Shown: positions 42,249 through 56,326 of the stretch, piece after piece | Position numbering within the stretch: the stretch's first letter is position 1 | Layout: each line of letters opens with the position of its first letter | Source: the human T2T-CHM13v2.0 reference genome, Homo sapiens | NCBI RefSeq assembly: GCF_009914755.1 | Contig: NC_060929.1 | Strand: one strand, 5' to 3' | Length of the DNA: 64,000 nucleotides | Program-made: the position numbers and the translations under genes | Notes under the pieces: generated by a model | Databases searched by the model: none | What the model was told of the DNA's origin: nothing | What the model saw: only the letters and a program-made list of their open reading frames with translations

Positions 42249-44824
42249 AAAACTGAGTCTGTAAGAAGCCTTGATAATATAAACATTCACAAGAAAACTA
42301 ATATCAATATATAATTTATAAAGTCAGAAGAGGTAACTTCAGCAGTGAAGAAGGTTGCCAAAATGAAAACAGTTTTCATTTTTATTAAGTGTAATACATT
42401 GGGAAGTGTTCAGATATGTGGGTTTTCAATTTCATCTGCTACCTAAATGTTAATGAAACAAGGGATGTGATTTTCACTATCTATCATAGTATAGACAGAT
42501 GGACTCAGTGAACTTAAAGCCAGTCAAGCAATTAATATGTTGCATTGGGTATTTATCTTCTAGAAAGAATTAAATTGTTTATCCAAAATGATCATAAAAG
42601 AGAATTAATTCGCTGTATAGATTCTAACTTCTTATAAAACTACACAGTTCTAACATTTGTTTTCTGTTGAACTGAAGGTTGCTGGCTGGGGCCAGGCTTA
42701 CCCAGTATGTAACTCAGCCTCTCTTTAGTACAGCTCTAGGAGTTTCTGAAATCTAGTTTGAAAAGAGCAATTCTAGAATATTAGCAAACTTGTCCTGCAG
42801 CCCTGTGATATTTGGCAGGGCAAATATCATCATTACCAATACTTACTTTTATCCTCTAAAATTATAATTGACCTTTATAATTTATATATTATAAAAATGA
42901 TCCGTTATTGTCCATGGCCCTTGGATAGTTTCTTAAGATCTTGGATCATTAGCACTCAAATACATCGTTGATATTACTTCAGTCAATGTGCTTTTTAACA
43001 ATTCTGCTCTAAATAGAAAAATCAGCAGTGAACCAGGGGGATAGTAATTCTCTGAGCAGTAATCTTGAAACAGCAATATTACTTCAAAGCGCGTATAGCC
43101 ATGTAAAATGAAGTTCAGATACAGTTATAGGCCATGGACTTCTTTAGCTCTGACCACAACTCTCAATAACAAGAACAAAGATGCCTTATAAGGTCTAGTG
43201 GCAGCTCTTTGGTCACAAACAGACACAGGGATTTAGAAGACCAGTATTACCATTCAAGTGCCACACAGAGTTAGAAAGTTTCTAATAAACAATTTTAGTT
43301 AATATTTAAATATTTGTAGTTCTTTTCTACCTCCTTTTTAGTTTTCAATGATATTTGTAACCACTTTTTATTATGACCAGATTTCCTTTCTTTAATTTAA
43401 CATTTTTCTGTATTACCCCAAAATCTATTGTGTTGAAACTAATTTGTTTACATCGTCTCTGGATAAAATATGGATCCTGTGTTTTTTCAAGCCAGGCATT
43501 TATATAACTTTCTTTGGCATTGATAAAGGGAATATTATTCAAGAATAATGCATTTCTTCTTATGTCCCTTGATTATATAATCCATAATAATCCAATTATG
43601 TATTCAAGGGATACAAGAAGAAATCAAATCAAATGAAAAGTACTTCATAATGTAAATAAAACTATATGTATATTCTGAAATTGTACTCTTGAAATTACAT
43701 CTAATATTAAATATTCCGTGAGTTTTTAAACTTGCTGTGTGTGAACGTGTATGCAGTTAAGCATACAGCCAAATATAGCCAATTGAAGTCACTGACTCAG
43801 ATAGTACAATTCCTTGAGTTGTAGAAAATTACAATATTAAGATATTTTGAATGAGGTATGCTCTTTTATAATTATGAAAGCGAACAATAATAGATGAAGA
43901 AAATTCTGTAATTAATCAAGATTTGAGAAATTAGCTTTGAATACAAGTCACAGAAACATTCTTCATTAATAATTCAATAAGATTTTCCTTAATAGTTTAC
44001 TAAAATTTTATATGTATATTCATACCTCTTATGCAGATGACATTCTACTAGGAGATATGGAGAATTTTAACACATAAAATACTATTTTGTGGTGACAAGA
44101 GATTGACAATTTAACATAGAAGAGAATATGTTCATAATGTTCATTTTTTTTTTCTAAGAGGATTTTTCCTTCTGCAAAGAAAGGCACTCAAACTGATCCT
44201 TAAAGAATTAGAAAAATTTAGAGAAGAGAAATTGAATCAGAAAGGAAGGAGAAAAGAGGGAATAGTAGGAGCAAGGATATCCTGGTTAGAAAGGTGTCAA
44301 TGAAACCAACACAGCTTTCCATGGCAGAGGGACGTCAGGGAAATTGGAACACTGGGCATCAAGGGAAAGTCATAGAACATTCTTGGGAGCCCCAAATTGT
44401 TAGATCATTTGTCTGAATATAGGATTCTAGATTAACACTTATTTTTCTCAGGACATTAAAATAATATGTTGTCTGACAATCAACTCCTTTCTCATGCTAG
44501 TACGTCCTCCTTTTCCTATCATTCCTTTCTTTTCCATCCATATGTCCATCAGTCAATGAATGGATAAAATACAGTATGTACAATATATGAAATATTATTT
44601 ATGAATTATAATTATTATTTTGCTCTTTCCTTACTTTTTCTTTAACTCTTTCTTTTATAATTGATATCTCTGTTAAGTATTTAAATCAGTTGTTGCAGAT
44701 TATTGATAATTGCAAAATCAGCACACAGGAAGGGCTGGACCAGCACAATTTAAGTGATCCTTGGTGACAACTTGAGGATATTTGTTACTAATTGATATAT
44801 TATTAAGAGACAATTATACCATAA

Positions 44825-45885
44825 TATGATGTCACATCACACTTACTTGGTTATAATTAAAAAGATATAAAAGTAGTGTTGGTGAGGATGTGAGAGGCTG
44901 GAAGCTTTGTACTGTGCTGGTAGGAATGTAAAATGGTACTGCTACTTTGTAAAAGTCTGGCAGTTTCTCAAAAAGTGAAACATAGAATTACTATATGATC
45001 CCACAATTCCACTCCTAGACAAGTACTTGAGAAGTAAAAATATATATACACCAAGTTCATAGCAGCACTATTTATAATAAACAGGGAAGAAACATATAAA
45101 TGTCCATCAACTGATGAATGAATAAATGTGTTACGTGCAGTGAAATATTATTTGTCAATAATAAAAAATAAAGTACTGATGCATACTAAATTAAAAATGA
45201 ATTTTTAAAAATATTATGTCAACAAAAGGAATTAGTCACAGAAGACCATGTGTTGTATGATTTCATTCATATGAATTGTCAAAATTGGCAAATCTCTAAA
45301 GACAGAAAGCAGATTGGTGGTTGCCTAAGACTGAGGGTGATGGTGGGGAAAAATGAGGGTGACTGTTAAGCAAGTGGTATAGAATTTTTGCTTTGGGGTA
45401 ATAGAAGTTTTCTAAAGTTTATTGTGGTGATGGTTGCCCCACTCTGTGAATATACCATCATGAGCTGCGTAACTACGTTTTGGTCAACAATGGACTGCAT
45501 ATATGGTCCCAGTAATTACAACAGAACTAAAAATGTTTCTATCATATCATATGTTTTCTATGTTTAGATATGTTTACACAGGCAAATACCATTGAGTTAC
45601 AATTGCTTACCGTATTCACTACCGTAACTTGCTGTACAGGTTTGTAGCTTATGAGCAGTAAGAGCAGTAAGATATACGGGGTAGCCTAGGTGTGTAGTAG
45701 CCTATACTATCCAGGTTTGTGGAAGTACATTGTATAATGTTCTCACAAGGATGAAATTGCTTAATGATGCATTTCTTAGAACATATCTGCATTAAGCAAT
45801 TAAGCAATGCATTATTGTAACAAAATCTATTGAATTTTAAAATTTAAATTAATATATTGTATGGTATGTTAGTTTATTTCAAATA
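44825..45885 (+). mobile_element. L1MB-type 3' end, interrupted by Tigger3/MER7
   Basis: tgttggtgaggatgtgagag..aacatagaattactatatgatccc..aaatgtccatcaactgatgaatg..gacagaaagcagattggtggttgcc..tggtgatggttgc..actctgtgaatata. Confidence 0.85.
45455..45817. mobile_element. Tigger3/MER7-family DNA transposon
   Basis: catcatgagctgcgtaactacgttttggtcaacaatggactgcatata..gcctaggtgtgtagtag..ttaagcaatgcattattg; TA flanks. Confidence 0.85.
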
Positions 45886-45934
45886 TATACGTATGTGTGT
45901 GTATATATATATATATATATACACATTACTAGAT

Positions 45935-46552
45935 GGCTACTAGCATTTTTATAAACTATTGTATAAATTGCTGTATCATGGGTCATATGAGTTTCTTTAA
46001 TCATAGACAATGTTCACAGTATAAGGATATAGTGACGGGTCATTTCTAGGTAGAATAAAGATGAGAGGTATGATCCAATTACTGCAAGGAATTTCAGTGA
46101 TGATTATTTTCATAACAATTGGGATATGGCTTAATTCCTGAAATATACCTAAAAAGTATTATTTATTTGAAGTATACCTAAACAAATATCAGCTTCATAT
46201 TATCTTGTGTCACTTTTTCTGAATTTAACCTTACCTTGAATAAAAATCAGTAAGTGTATCAGAAATGAACCATTTGTTATATTTGTGTATAATAAGCCAA
46301 ATTAATAAGCTCACTTTTATTCTCAAACATACAGCAGGCCTGGCCTTTCTTTCTGAGTTGCCAATTTAAGCCAAAAAATTCTTTAATTGCTGGAATTTCT
46401 TGCAGTAATTGGACTACACTTTTCATCTTGATTCTACCTAGAAATGATCTGTCACTGTATCTATGTACTGTGAACACTGTAATAAAAAGAATTTATGTAA
46501 ACCGCCATACAGCAATTTTTACATTTAAATAATTTATAAAAATGCCAGTGGC
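45935..46552. repeat. Inverted repeat with ~165-bp arms (45935-46097 and 46389-46552) and a ~290-bp spacer
   Basis: Perfect 17-mer tcatttctaggtagaat (46040-46056) pairs with attctacctagaaatga (46431-46447). Also tgttcacagta/tactgtgaaca, tccaattactgcaag/cttgcagtaattgga, gcatttttataaa/tttataaaaatgc. Confidence 0.9.
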
Positions 46553-47025
46553 TCTTATTTCACAGTGTAGTTTGCAGCACTACAGAATAATTGCAACTCA
46601 CAGAAAGATAATGAGCAATGGGAGCATTTAAGATACTTTTAGATTAGCATAATTAACACAATTTTATTCAAAGTCTAGTTAGAATTTTAGAACATTCCTT
46701 AACTAACTTTACAGTAGTGTTCTCATCATTCAGTGTAGATTAACATAATCCTGATATTTTACCTTAGTAAGTGTAAGATACAGTTGTGCAGGAATTACAA
46801 AAGCACTCACTTCCTTATTGTTCCTACAAAGAAAATAAACTAGTTAATTTGAAACAAGTAAAACACATTCATTTTTGTAACCTTAGCAACTAGCTTTATT
46901 TGTAATAGTGAAAGTATGTATTGAGATCATTAAGGTCATGCAAAAATTTGCAATGGATCCCAAATATTCTGTAATGTAAAAAGATTTCCTCAATTTTGAG
47001 TTTCTTTAATGTGGTGTGTAAATAA

Positions 47026-47491
<466 letters not shown>

Positions 47492-47519
47492 AGTAAAGTG
47501 AATACTTCAATGAAGCAAG

Positions 47520-47962
47520 TGCTATAGTTTAGATGTTTGACTTCTTGAAAATCTCATGTTGAAACTTGTACTCCAATGTTGGGGGTGGGGCTTAGTAGGA
47601 GGTGTTTGGATAACAGGGGTGGATCCCTCATGAATGGCTTGATGCCATTCTTACAGTAGTGAGTGAATTCTTGCTCTAATAGTTCCCTGAGGGATGCTGT
47701 TTCAAAGAGCCTGCAACCTCCTACCCTGCTCTCTCGCTTGCTCTTTTTCCATGTGTTTCGGCACCACATAGTAATGCTGCTCCCCTTTGCCTTCCGCCAC
47801 GAGTGGAAGCTTGACCTCCTCACATCCTCACAAGAAGTCAAGCAGAAGGATGCCAGGGCTATGCTTCTTGTACAGCCTGCAGAACCATGAGCGAAATACA
47901 CCTCCTTTCTATACAAATTACCCAGACTCAGGTATTCCTTCATAGCAACATAGAGTAAGACA
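47520..47962 (+). mobile_element. MSTB-like solo LTR
   Basis: tgctatagtttagatgtttg..ggtggatccctcatgaatggctt..atgcttcttgtacagcctgcagaaccatgagc..taagaca. Confidence 0.9.
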
Positions 47963-48752
47963 GTGAGCCACACAATGTTTTTTTGGTGTCCCAGTACATA
48001 TAAAAGTTATATTTATATTATACTATAGTTTATTAAGTGTGCAATAGTATAATATCTAAAAAACAATGTGCATATGTTAATTTTACAATACTTTATTTTA
48101 AAAAGTGCTAATAATTATCTGTCCTTTAAATGAGTCCTAGTCTTTTTGCTGGTGGAGGGTTTCACCTCACTGTTAATGGCCGCTAACTTAAGAGTAGTGT
48201 TTACTGAAGGTTGGGGTGGCTGTGGCAATTTCTTAAAATAAGACAAATTTTACCCATAGTAGAAATTCTTTTGAAATTGGAGTCAATACTTTCCAAAACT
48301 GCCACTGCTTTATAATTTAAGTTTATGTAATATTCTAAATCCTTTATTGTCATTTCAACAATGTTCACAGACTCTTCACCAGCAGTAGATTTCATGTCCA
48401 GAAACCACTTTCTTTCCTCATCCTTAAGAAGCAAGTCTTTCTTCATTTGAGTTTTATCATGATATTGCAGCAATTATTTATTGAAGAAAATAAACTTCTT
48501 CCAAACTCCTGTTAATGTTGATGTTTTGATTTCCTCTCATGAATCAAAAATATTCTTAATATCGTCTAGAATGGTGAATCCATTACAGAGGTTTTCAATT
48601 TATTTTGCCCAGATTCATCAGAGGAATAACTATCGCTATACCTTTAGAAAATGTGTTTCTTAAATAGAAAGCCTTGAATATCAAATGACCTCTTGACACA
48701 TGGGCTACAGAATAGATTTTGCATTAGCAGGTATAAAAACAATATTAATCTC

Positions 48753-49040
48753 AGCCAGGAGCGGTGGCTCACGCCTGTAATCCTACCATTTTGGGAGGCC
48801 AAGGTGGGTGGATTGCCTGAGCTCAGGAGTTTGAGACCAGCCTGGGTAACATGGTGAAACCCCGTCTCTACTAAAATCCAAAAAAATTAGCCATGCGTGG
48901 CAGTGTGTGCCTGTAATCCCAGCTACTTGGGAGGCTGAGGCAGGACGCTTGAACCCAGGAGGCAGAGGTTGCAGTGAGCCGAGATCATGCCATTGCACTC
49001 CAGCCTGCGTGACAGAGTGAGACTCCATCTCAAAATAATT
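48753..49040 (+). mobile_element. Alu (AluSz6-like)
   Basis: ggattgcctgagctcaggagtttgagaccagcctggg; TSD aatattaatctc. Confidence 0.93.
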
Positions 49041-50579
49041 ATAATACTAAGAAGAATAAGAATAATATTAATCTCTTTGTATATCTCCCTCAGAGCTCTT
49101 GGGTGACCATATGTATAGTCAATGAGCAGTAATATTTTGAAAGCAATTTTAATCTAAGTGGTAGGTCTCAACAGTGGGCTTGACAATTTTGTAAGCCACG
49201 CTGTAAACATGGGCATGGTTATCTAGTCTTAGTTTCCATTTATAGAGCATAGGTAGAGTATAATTCTCAAGGGCCCTAGACTTTTCTAAATGGTAAATGA
49301 GCATTGACTTCTACTTAAAGTTAATGGCTGCATTAGCCTCTAACAAGAGAGTCATCCTGTCCTTTGAAGCTTTAAAGTCAGGCTTTGACTTCTCTTCTCT
49401 AGCTATGAAAATTCTAGATGGCATCTTCTTCCAATGTAAGGCTGTGTCATGTACATTAAAATCTATTTAGTGTAGTCATCTTCATCAGTGATCTTTGCTA
49501 GATCTTCTGGATAACTTGCTGCAGCTTCTACATCAGCACTTGCTGCTTCACCTTGCACTTTCACGCTATGGAGGCTTATCTTCTTAAACTTCATGAACCA
49601 ACCTCTGCTAGCTTCAAATTTTTCTTCTGCAGCTTCCTCACCCCTCTCAGTCTTCATAAAATCGAAGGCAGTTAGGACCTTTTAATGAATTAGGCTTTGG
49701 CTTAAGGGAATTCTGTGGCTGATTGATCTTCTATCCAAACCACTCTTAACTTTCTTCATATCAGCAATAAGGCCATTTGCTTTCTTATCATTTATGTGTT
49801 CACTGAAGTAGCACTTTTAATTACTTTCCAAAACTCTTCCTTTCTGTTCAAATCTTGGCTAACTTTAGAACAAGAGGCCTAATTTCAGCCTCTATCTCAG
49901 CCTTCCACATACCTTCCTCACTAAGCTGAATAATGTCTAGCTTTTGATTTAAAGTGACAGATATGTGATTATTCCTTTCACTTGAAAATGTAGCAGTCAT
50001 TGTAGGATTATTAACTGGCCCTATTTTAATATTGTTGTCAATAGGGAGGCCTGAAGAGAGGGAGAGAGATGTGGGATTGTTGGGGCAGTTAGAACACACA
50101 TATTTTTCTACTGAGTTTGCCGACTTGCATGGGAAAAGTTCATGGGGCCCCAAAACAATTACAATAGGAACATCAAAGATCCCTGATTGCAGATCACCAT
50201 AACAAATATAATGATGATAAAAATATTTGAAATATTGTGAAAATTACCAAACTGTGACACAGAGACACAAAATGAGTACATGCTGTTGAAAAAAAAATGG
50301 CACAAATTATTTTGCTCATTGCAAAGTTGTTAGAAATATTTCATTTGTAAAAGGTACAATATTTGCAAAGTACAATAAATTAAATCATAATAAAATGAGG
50401 TACGCCTACATACATGCACGCACACACACACACACGTATAAGGTTAAAGTTTTAGGGTAAAATTTATCAATAAATTACATGAGAATGACCTTTCATGTAA
50501 CTTCATAATGACTATGGAAATTTACATGGTCCACATGGCATCTGCTTGTGAAATTAAATAAAAAACTATGGGAGGGGAG

Positions 50580-50982
50580 TGTTAGTGGATGAATCATGTC
50601 CCTCTAAAACTCATATTGAAGCTGAATTTCCTAGCACCTCAGAATGTGAAAATATTTGGAGACAGGGCCTTTAGAGAAGTGATTAATCTAACATGAGACT
50701 ATTAAGTGGGCCCTATTATAATCTGGCCAGTGTGTTTATAAGAAGAGGAAATTCAGAAACACACAATCACACCAGAAATGCATTGTCAGAGAAAAAAACC
50801 CATGTGAGAACACAAAGAGAAGACAGCCATCCACAAGCCAAGGAATGAAGCGTCAAAAGAATCTATACTTGTCAACATCATGATCTTGGGCCCTCAGCCT
50901 CTGAACTATGAGAAAATAAATCTCTGCTGTTTAAGACACCTAGTTTGTGGTATTCTGTTCTGGCAGCCCTAGGAAACATACA
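50580..50982 (+). mobile_element. MLT1B-like solo LTR
   Basis: tagcacctcagaatgtga..tatttggagacagggccttt..gacagccatccacaagccaagga..ggcagccctaggaaacataca. Confidence 0.85.
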
Positions 50983-51589
50983 GGAGATCTTTGCCAAAAA
51001 GTCACAAGATAATTTTGTTAACTTTAAATACTTAATGATTACTACATTTACCTATGCATGAAAGGGGAGAGAATGTTTGAATTTCTCATTTAAAATGTCA
51101 TTTTTGTTGCAACATTTTACAAATACTCGATACAAACTTTATTTAAGCTGCTGTCAGTTGATAATACTCATCATCTATTTCCACTCCATTTTAAGATCAC
51201 TCATGTATTACTAAGAAGGCAACACTAAAGCTCATATTTTAAGGATGTGCATGTAGCCAGGTAACTAGAAACAATTCAGACTCTACTTTCTTGAAGTAGT
51301 GGCATAAAATTCAAATGCAGAAGAGAAGAGGTGACGTTTCAGTATCAGTGATAACTCACAGGTGATCTTTAGCAAATATAGAGTAGCAGCAGGCATAGTC
51401 TATGCCTCCTTACCTAGTCACAAACTTCATGAGTGTGGGTGGCTCTGTGATGACATCAGTGACAACAGTAGTTTTCTGGCCAGGGTCATGGCAGCAATGG
51501 TATGTCATTGTAGACAATGACAGTGACTTCCATCCCTCCAACTCCGCCAGTGGTTTGACAAGCATGTAATTTCCTATGTTAAATGTATT

Positions 51590-52030
51590 TCTGCATTTAG
51601 TATGATTTTGGTTGTAGATTTGTTGCATATAGCTTTAACTATATTGAGTTCTGTTCTTCCAATACCTACTTTGTTGAGGGTTTTCATGATGAAGCCATGC
51701 TGAATTTTATTAAATGCTTTTTCTGCATCTACTGAGATGATCATTTGGTTTTATTTTTAATTTTGTTCATATGGTGAATCATGCTTATTGATTTGCATAT
51801 GTTGTATATCCTTGCATCTCTGAAATAAAAGCCACTTGATCATGGTATATTATCTTTTTGATGCACTGTTGGATTCAGTTTGCTAGTATTTTGTTGAAAA
51901 TGTTTGTATTTATGTTCATCAGAAATATTGGCCTGTAGTTTTTTTCATTGTTGTTGTGTCCTTGCCTGGCTTTGTTATCAGGGCAATAGTGGCTCCATAG
52001 AGTGAGTTAGGGAAGATTTCCTCCTTTTCG

Positions 52031-52076
<46 letters not shown>

Positions 52077-52750
52077 CAGTTTTTAGAGGACTGGTGCTAG
52101 TTCTTCTTTGACACCTGGTATAATTTGGCTGTGAATCTGTAAGGTCCTCGTTTTTTTGTTGTTGTTGATGTTGGAAAATTTTTTATTACTGATTCAATCT
52201 CACAGTTGATTGTTGGCCTGTTCAAAATTTCCTTTTCTTCCAGGTTCAATCTTGGGAGTTTGTATGTTTCCAGGAATGCATATATTTCTTCCAGTTTATC
52301 TAATTTGTGAGCACACAGAGGTTCACAGTAGTCTCTGATGATCTGTTGTATTTCTGTGGCATCAGTTTTAATTCTCCTTTTTCATTTCTGATCATGCCTA
52401 TTTGAACCTCTTTTTTTTTTTGGTTAGTCTAGCTGGTGATCTATTAATTTTGTTTACCTTTTCAAAGAATCAACTTTTAATTTCATTGATTCTTTGTATT
52501 TTTATCTCAATTGCATTAAGTTCTTCTCTGATTTTTTTTTATTTCTTTTCTTCTAATAGCTTTGAGTTTGGTTTGCTACTTTCTTTTCTTTTCTAGTTTC
52601 TTGAGGTACCATAGTAAGTTGTTAATTTGTGATCTTTCTATCTTTTTAATGTAGGCATTTAATGCTATAAACTTTCTCCTTATCACTGCTTTTGCTGTAT
52701 CCCAGAGGCTCTGATACGTTGTGCCTCTATTATCACTTGTTTCAAACAAT
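51590..52750 (-). mobile_element. L1 ORF2 internal fragment (L1PB/L1MA age) with (TG)n at ~52033-52074
   Basis: ORF track TTYQSLWDTAKAVIRRKFIALNAYIKKIERSQINNL; aaatgctttttctgcatctactgagatgatcat. Confidence 0.9.
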
Positions 52751-53197
52751 TGAAATATCTGGAATGACTTCTGTTTCTTATACTGAACGATGAATTTGTT
52801 ATATAATGTTGTGCTTAACATATGAAAAATTTTTACCAGCAAAGGATTAAAAAAATCATAACAAACAGTTTTGATACTATCAAGCTAGACAAGGAAAAGG
52901 CAAAATATTTCAGCTTATCCTACCAGATACCCCGAGTCTTCCCTGAGCAGACTACAGATTCCCACCTGGTTTCCACATTAAACAGGCAACATGTTTTCTG
53001 AATAAAACATTGCTAAAGACAGAGAGCAAAAATTAATAAACTAGGTTAAAGTTGAAAAATATATAGAAATAGATAGTGAACAATGTATTCCTTGATAATA
53101 AAACAAACAAAATAACACTAATAATGATTACAACAAGCAAATTTGCTCTATTGTTTACCTTGCTGGGGTCAGTTTATAAAAAGTTAACATGTGTGTT

Positions 53198-55155
53198 CTA
53201 TTAGTCCATATTCACACTACTGATAAAGGTATACGCAAGACTAGGAAGAAAAAGAGGTTTAATTGGACTTACAGTTCCACATGGCTGGGGAGGCCTCAGA
53301 AGCATGGCAGGAGGTGAAAGGCACTTCTTACATGGCAGCAGCAAGAAAAAATGAGGAAGAAGCAAAAGTGGAAATCCCTGATAAACCCATCAGATCTTGT
53401 GAGACTTACTCACTATCACGAGAATAGCATGGGAAAGACCAGCCCCTAAGATTTAATTCCTCCCCCTGGGTCCCTCCCACAACAGGTGGGAATTCTAGGA
53501 GATACAATTCAAGTTGAGATTTGGGTGGGGACACAGCCAAACTACAGTATTCCAACCCTGGCCCCTCCTAATCTGTCTTCACATTTCAAAACCAACCATG
53601 CCTTTCCAGCAGTCCCCTAAAGTCTTAACTCACTTCAGCATAAACCCAAAAGTCCACAGTCCAAATTCTCATCTGAGACAAGGCAAGTCCCTTCAGCCTA
53701 TGAGCCTGTAAAATCAAAAGCAATCTAGTTATTTCCTAGATACAATGGGGGTACAGGTATTGGGTAAATACAGCCATTCCAAGTGGGAGAAATTGGCCAA
53801 AACAAAGGGGTCACAGGGCCCATGCAAGACCAAAATCCAGTGGGGCAAATTTTAAATCTCCAAAATGATCTCTTTTGACTCCATGTCTCACACCCAGGTC
53901 ATGCTGATGCAAAAGGTCAGTTTCCATGGTCTTAGGCAGCTCAGCCACTGTGGCTTTGCAGGGTACAGCCTCTTTCCTGGCTGCCTTCATGGGCTGGTGT
54001 TGGGTGTTTGCAGCTTTTCCAACTGCACAGTGCTAGCTGTGGTGGATCCATCATTCTGGGGTCTGGAGGATGGTGTCCCTCTTCTCACAGCTCAACTAGG
54101 CAGTGTCAATGTAGGGATTCTCTGTGGGGGCTCCAACCCCACATTTCCCTTCTGCATTGCCTAGAAGAAGTTCTCTATGAGGGCCCCACCCCTGCAGCAA
54201 ATATGTGCCTGGGCATCCAGGCGTTTCCATTTATCTTCTGAAATCTAGGCAGAGGTTCTCAAACCTCAATTCTTGACTTCTGTGTACCTGCAGGCTCAAC
54301 ACCATGTGAAAGCTGCCAAGCCTTGGGGCTTCCATCCTCTGAGGCAAGCCCCTCTGAAGCCACAGCCCAAGCTCTATGTTGACCCCTTTCTGTCATGGCT
54401 AGAGCAGCTTGGGCACAGGGCATCAAGTCCCTAGGCCGCAAACAATACAGGGACCCTGGGCTAGGCCCACAGAACCACTTTTGCCTCCTGGGTCTCGGGG
54501 CCTGTGATGGGAGGGGCTGCTGTGAAGGTCTCTGACACAGCCTGGAGACCTATTCCTCATGATATTGGGGATTAACATTAGGATCCTTGCTACTTACATA
54601 AATTTCTGCAGCCATCTTGATTTTCTTCTCAAAAAATGAGTTTTTCTTTTTCTACTGCATTGTCAGGCTGCAAGTTTTCTAAACTTTTATGCTCTGTTTC
54701 CCATTTAAAAGCAAATGCCTTTTACAGAACCCAAGTCACCTCTTGAATGCTTTGCAGCTTAGAAATTTCTTCTGCCCGATACCCTAAATCGTCTCTCTCA
54801 AGTTCAGAGTTCCACAAATCTTTAAGGCAGGGGTAAAATGCTGCCAGTCTCTTTGCTAAAACCTAACAAGAGTCACCTTTGCTCCACTTCCCAAAAAGTT
54901 CCTCATCTCCATCTGAGACCACCTTTCATTGTCCATATCATTATCAGCATTTTGGTCAACGCCATTTAACAAGGCTCTAGGTTGTTCCATACTTTCCCAC
55001 ATTTTCCTGTCTTCTTCTGAGTACTCCAAACTGTCCCAACCTCTGTGTGTTACCCACTTCCAAAGTCACTTCCACATTTTTGGGTATCATTTCAGCAACA
55101 TCCCACTCTCAGTACCAATTTATTGTATTAGTCTGTTTTCACCTTGCTAATAAAT
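53198..55155 (-). mobile_element. THE1C-like MaLR: one LTR (53198-53549), internal (53550-55123) and only ~30 bp of the second LTR
   Basis: LTR is similar to 15928-16280. Internal ccaaccatgcctttccagcagtcccctaaagtc..cacttccacatttttgggtat..gtaccaattta, then tgtattagtctgttttcac and an abrupt end. Confidence 0.92.
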
Positions 55156-56326
55156 ATGCAGTGCATATTCCAGTATTTAAGAAAATGGGAATTATAGCTA
55201 CAGATGAGAGTTGAACACCGTTCAAAAAAGGCTCTTGGTACACTACTGGACTTTACTAAAAAACTGAGTCCTGAGAATGGAACATTGAGAGGCCAGGTAG
55301 GCAACATTCCAATCATGAAGTAGTTATTATCCCACCACCAGAATTGGAAAGTTGCTGTACTATGGGAACTGAATAGTAGCCCTGAAAAGCAGCAGTGAGG
55401 AAAAAAAAATTTATATATATATATTTATATTTATATAACATATAATATATATAATTTATATATTACATATATTTTGTTTATATATATATACATACATGTC
55501 TCACACATATGTTACCCACACACACACATAAATAATGTATATATATTACTTAATACACACATATATATGCAATTTACTTGAAAAAGAAAAAAAACAACCA
55601 CTGGGCCTATTTATTTAAGTTATCAAAATTAGCCAATTTGTACCAATATTCTTTGTTCATTTAATTAACTCAGTGAAGTTTAAGGATTAATTTTTATTTG
55701 TGATTTAAATATTCAAAATCTCCTCAGGAGTTTATAGAAAAAACTCAATGTAAGAGCAAAATTATTTTAGTAAGCCGTATTAATCATGAAATAATCTTAT
55801 CCTTTTAAGGTGTTCAATTCCAGGATGAACTGATTAATGAAACACAGTAATAATGCCAGATATATTAATCAGTAAATTATAGTAATAAATTTAAGCATTT
55901 ACAATAATATATCTTTCAATTAAAATAAGCAGGGTTTGTTGTTGTTTTTTAGCTTCATACAATCTAGAATAAACCAGTTTGAAATACATAGCCCCAAAGG
56001 TGTTTATTTTTCAGCATATTAAAATATTGTATTATTATAGTATTTTGTCAATGTTAGACATAAGAATGTAAATGATGCATAACAATATTAATGGAATAAT
56101 TTTATGTCATCTCACCACACATTGAACCTAGACATCCCCAGTACACTTGAAACACACCTTCAAAAAGAAACAATGACAACCCAGTAGAAATGATAAAGTA
56201 ATCAAATGATTGATTAGGCAACTTTAGTTTAGATAGTTTAGATGAGCCCTTGATAATCAATGCCAAAAAAAAGATGGAACTAGAAAATCACTAATTTATG
56301 TATTCAAAAGAAATAATGAAGTCAAT

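Noticed and set aside
43320-43660. 65-aa minus-strand ORF, and a plus-strand acceptor-like tract with a downstream aataaa
   Set aside because: No protein similarity recognised; such signals are frequent by chance in AT-rich DNA.
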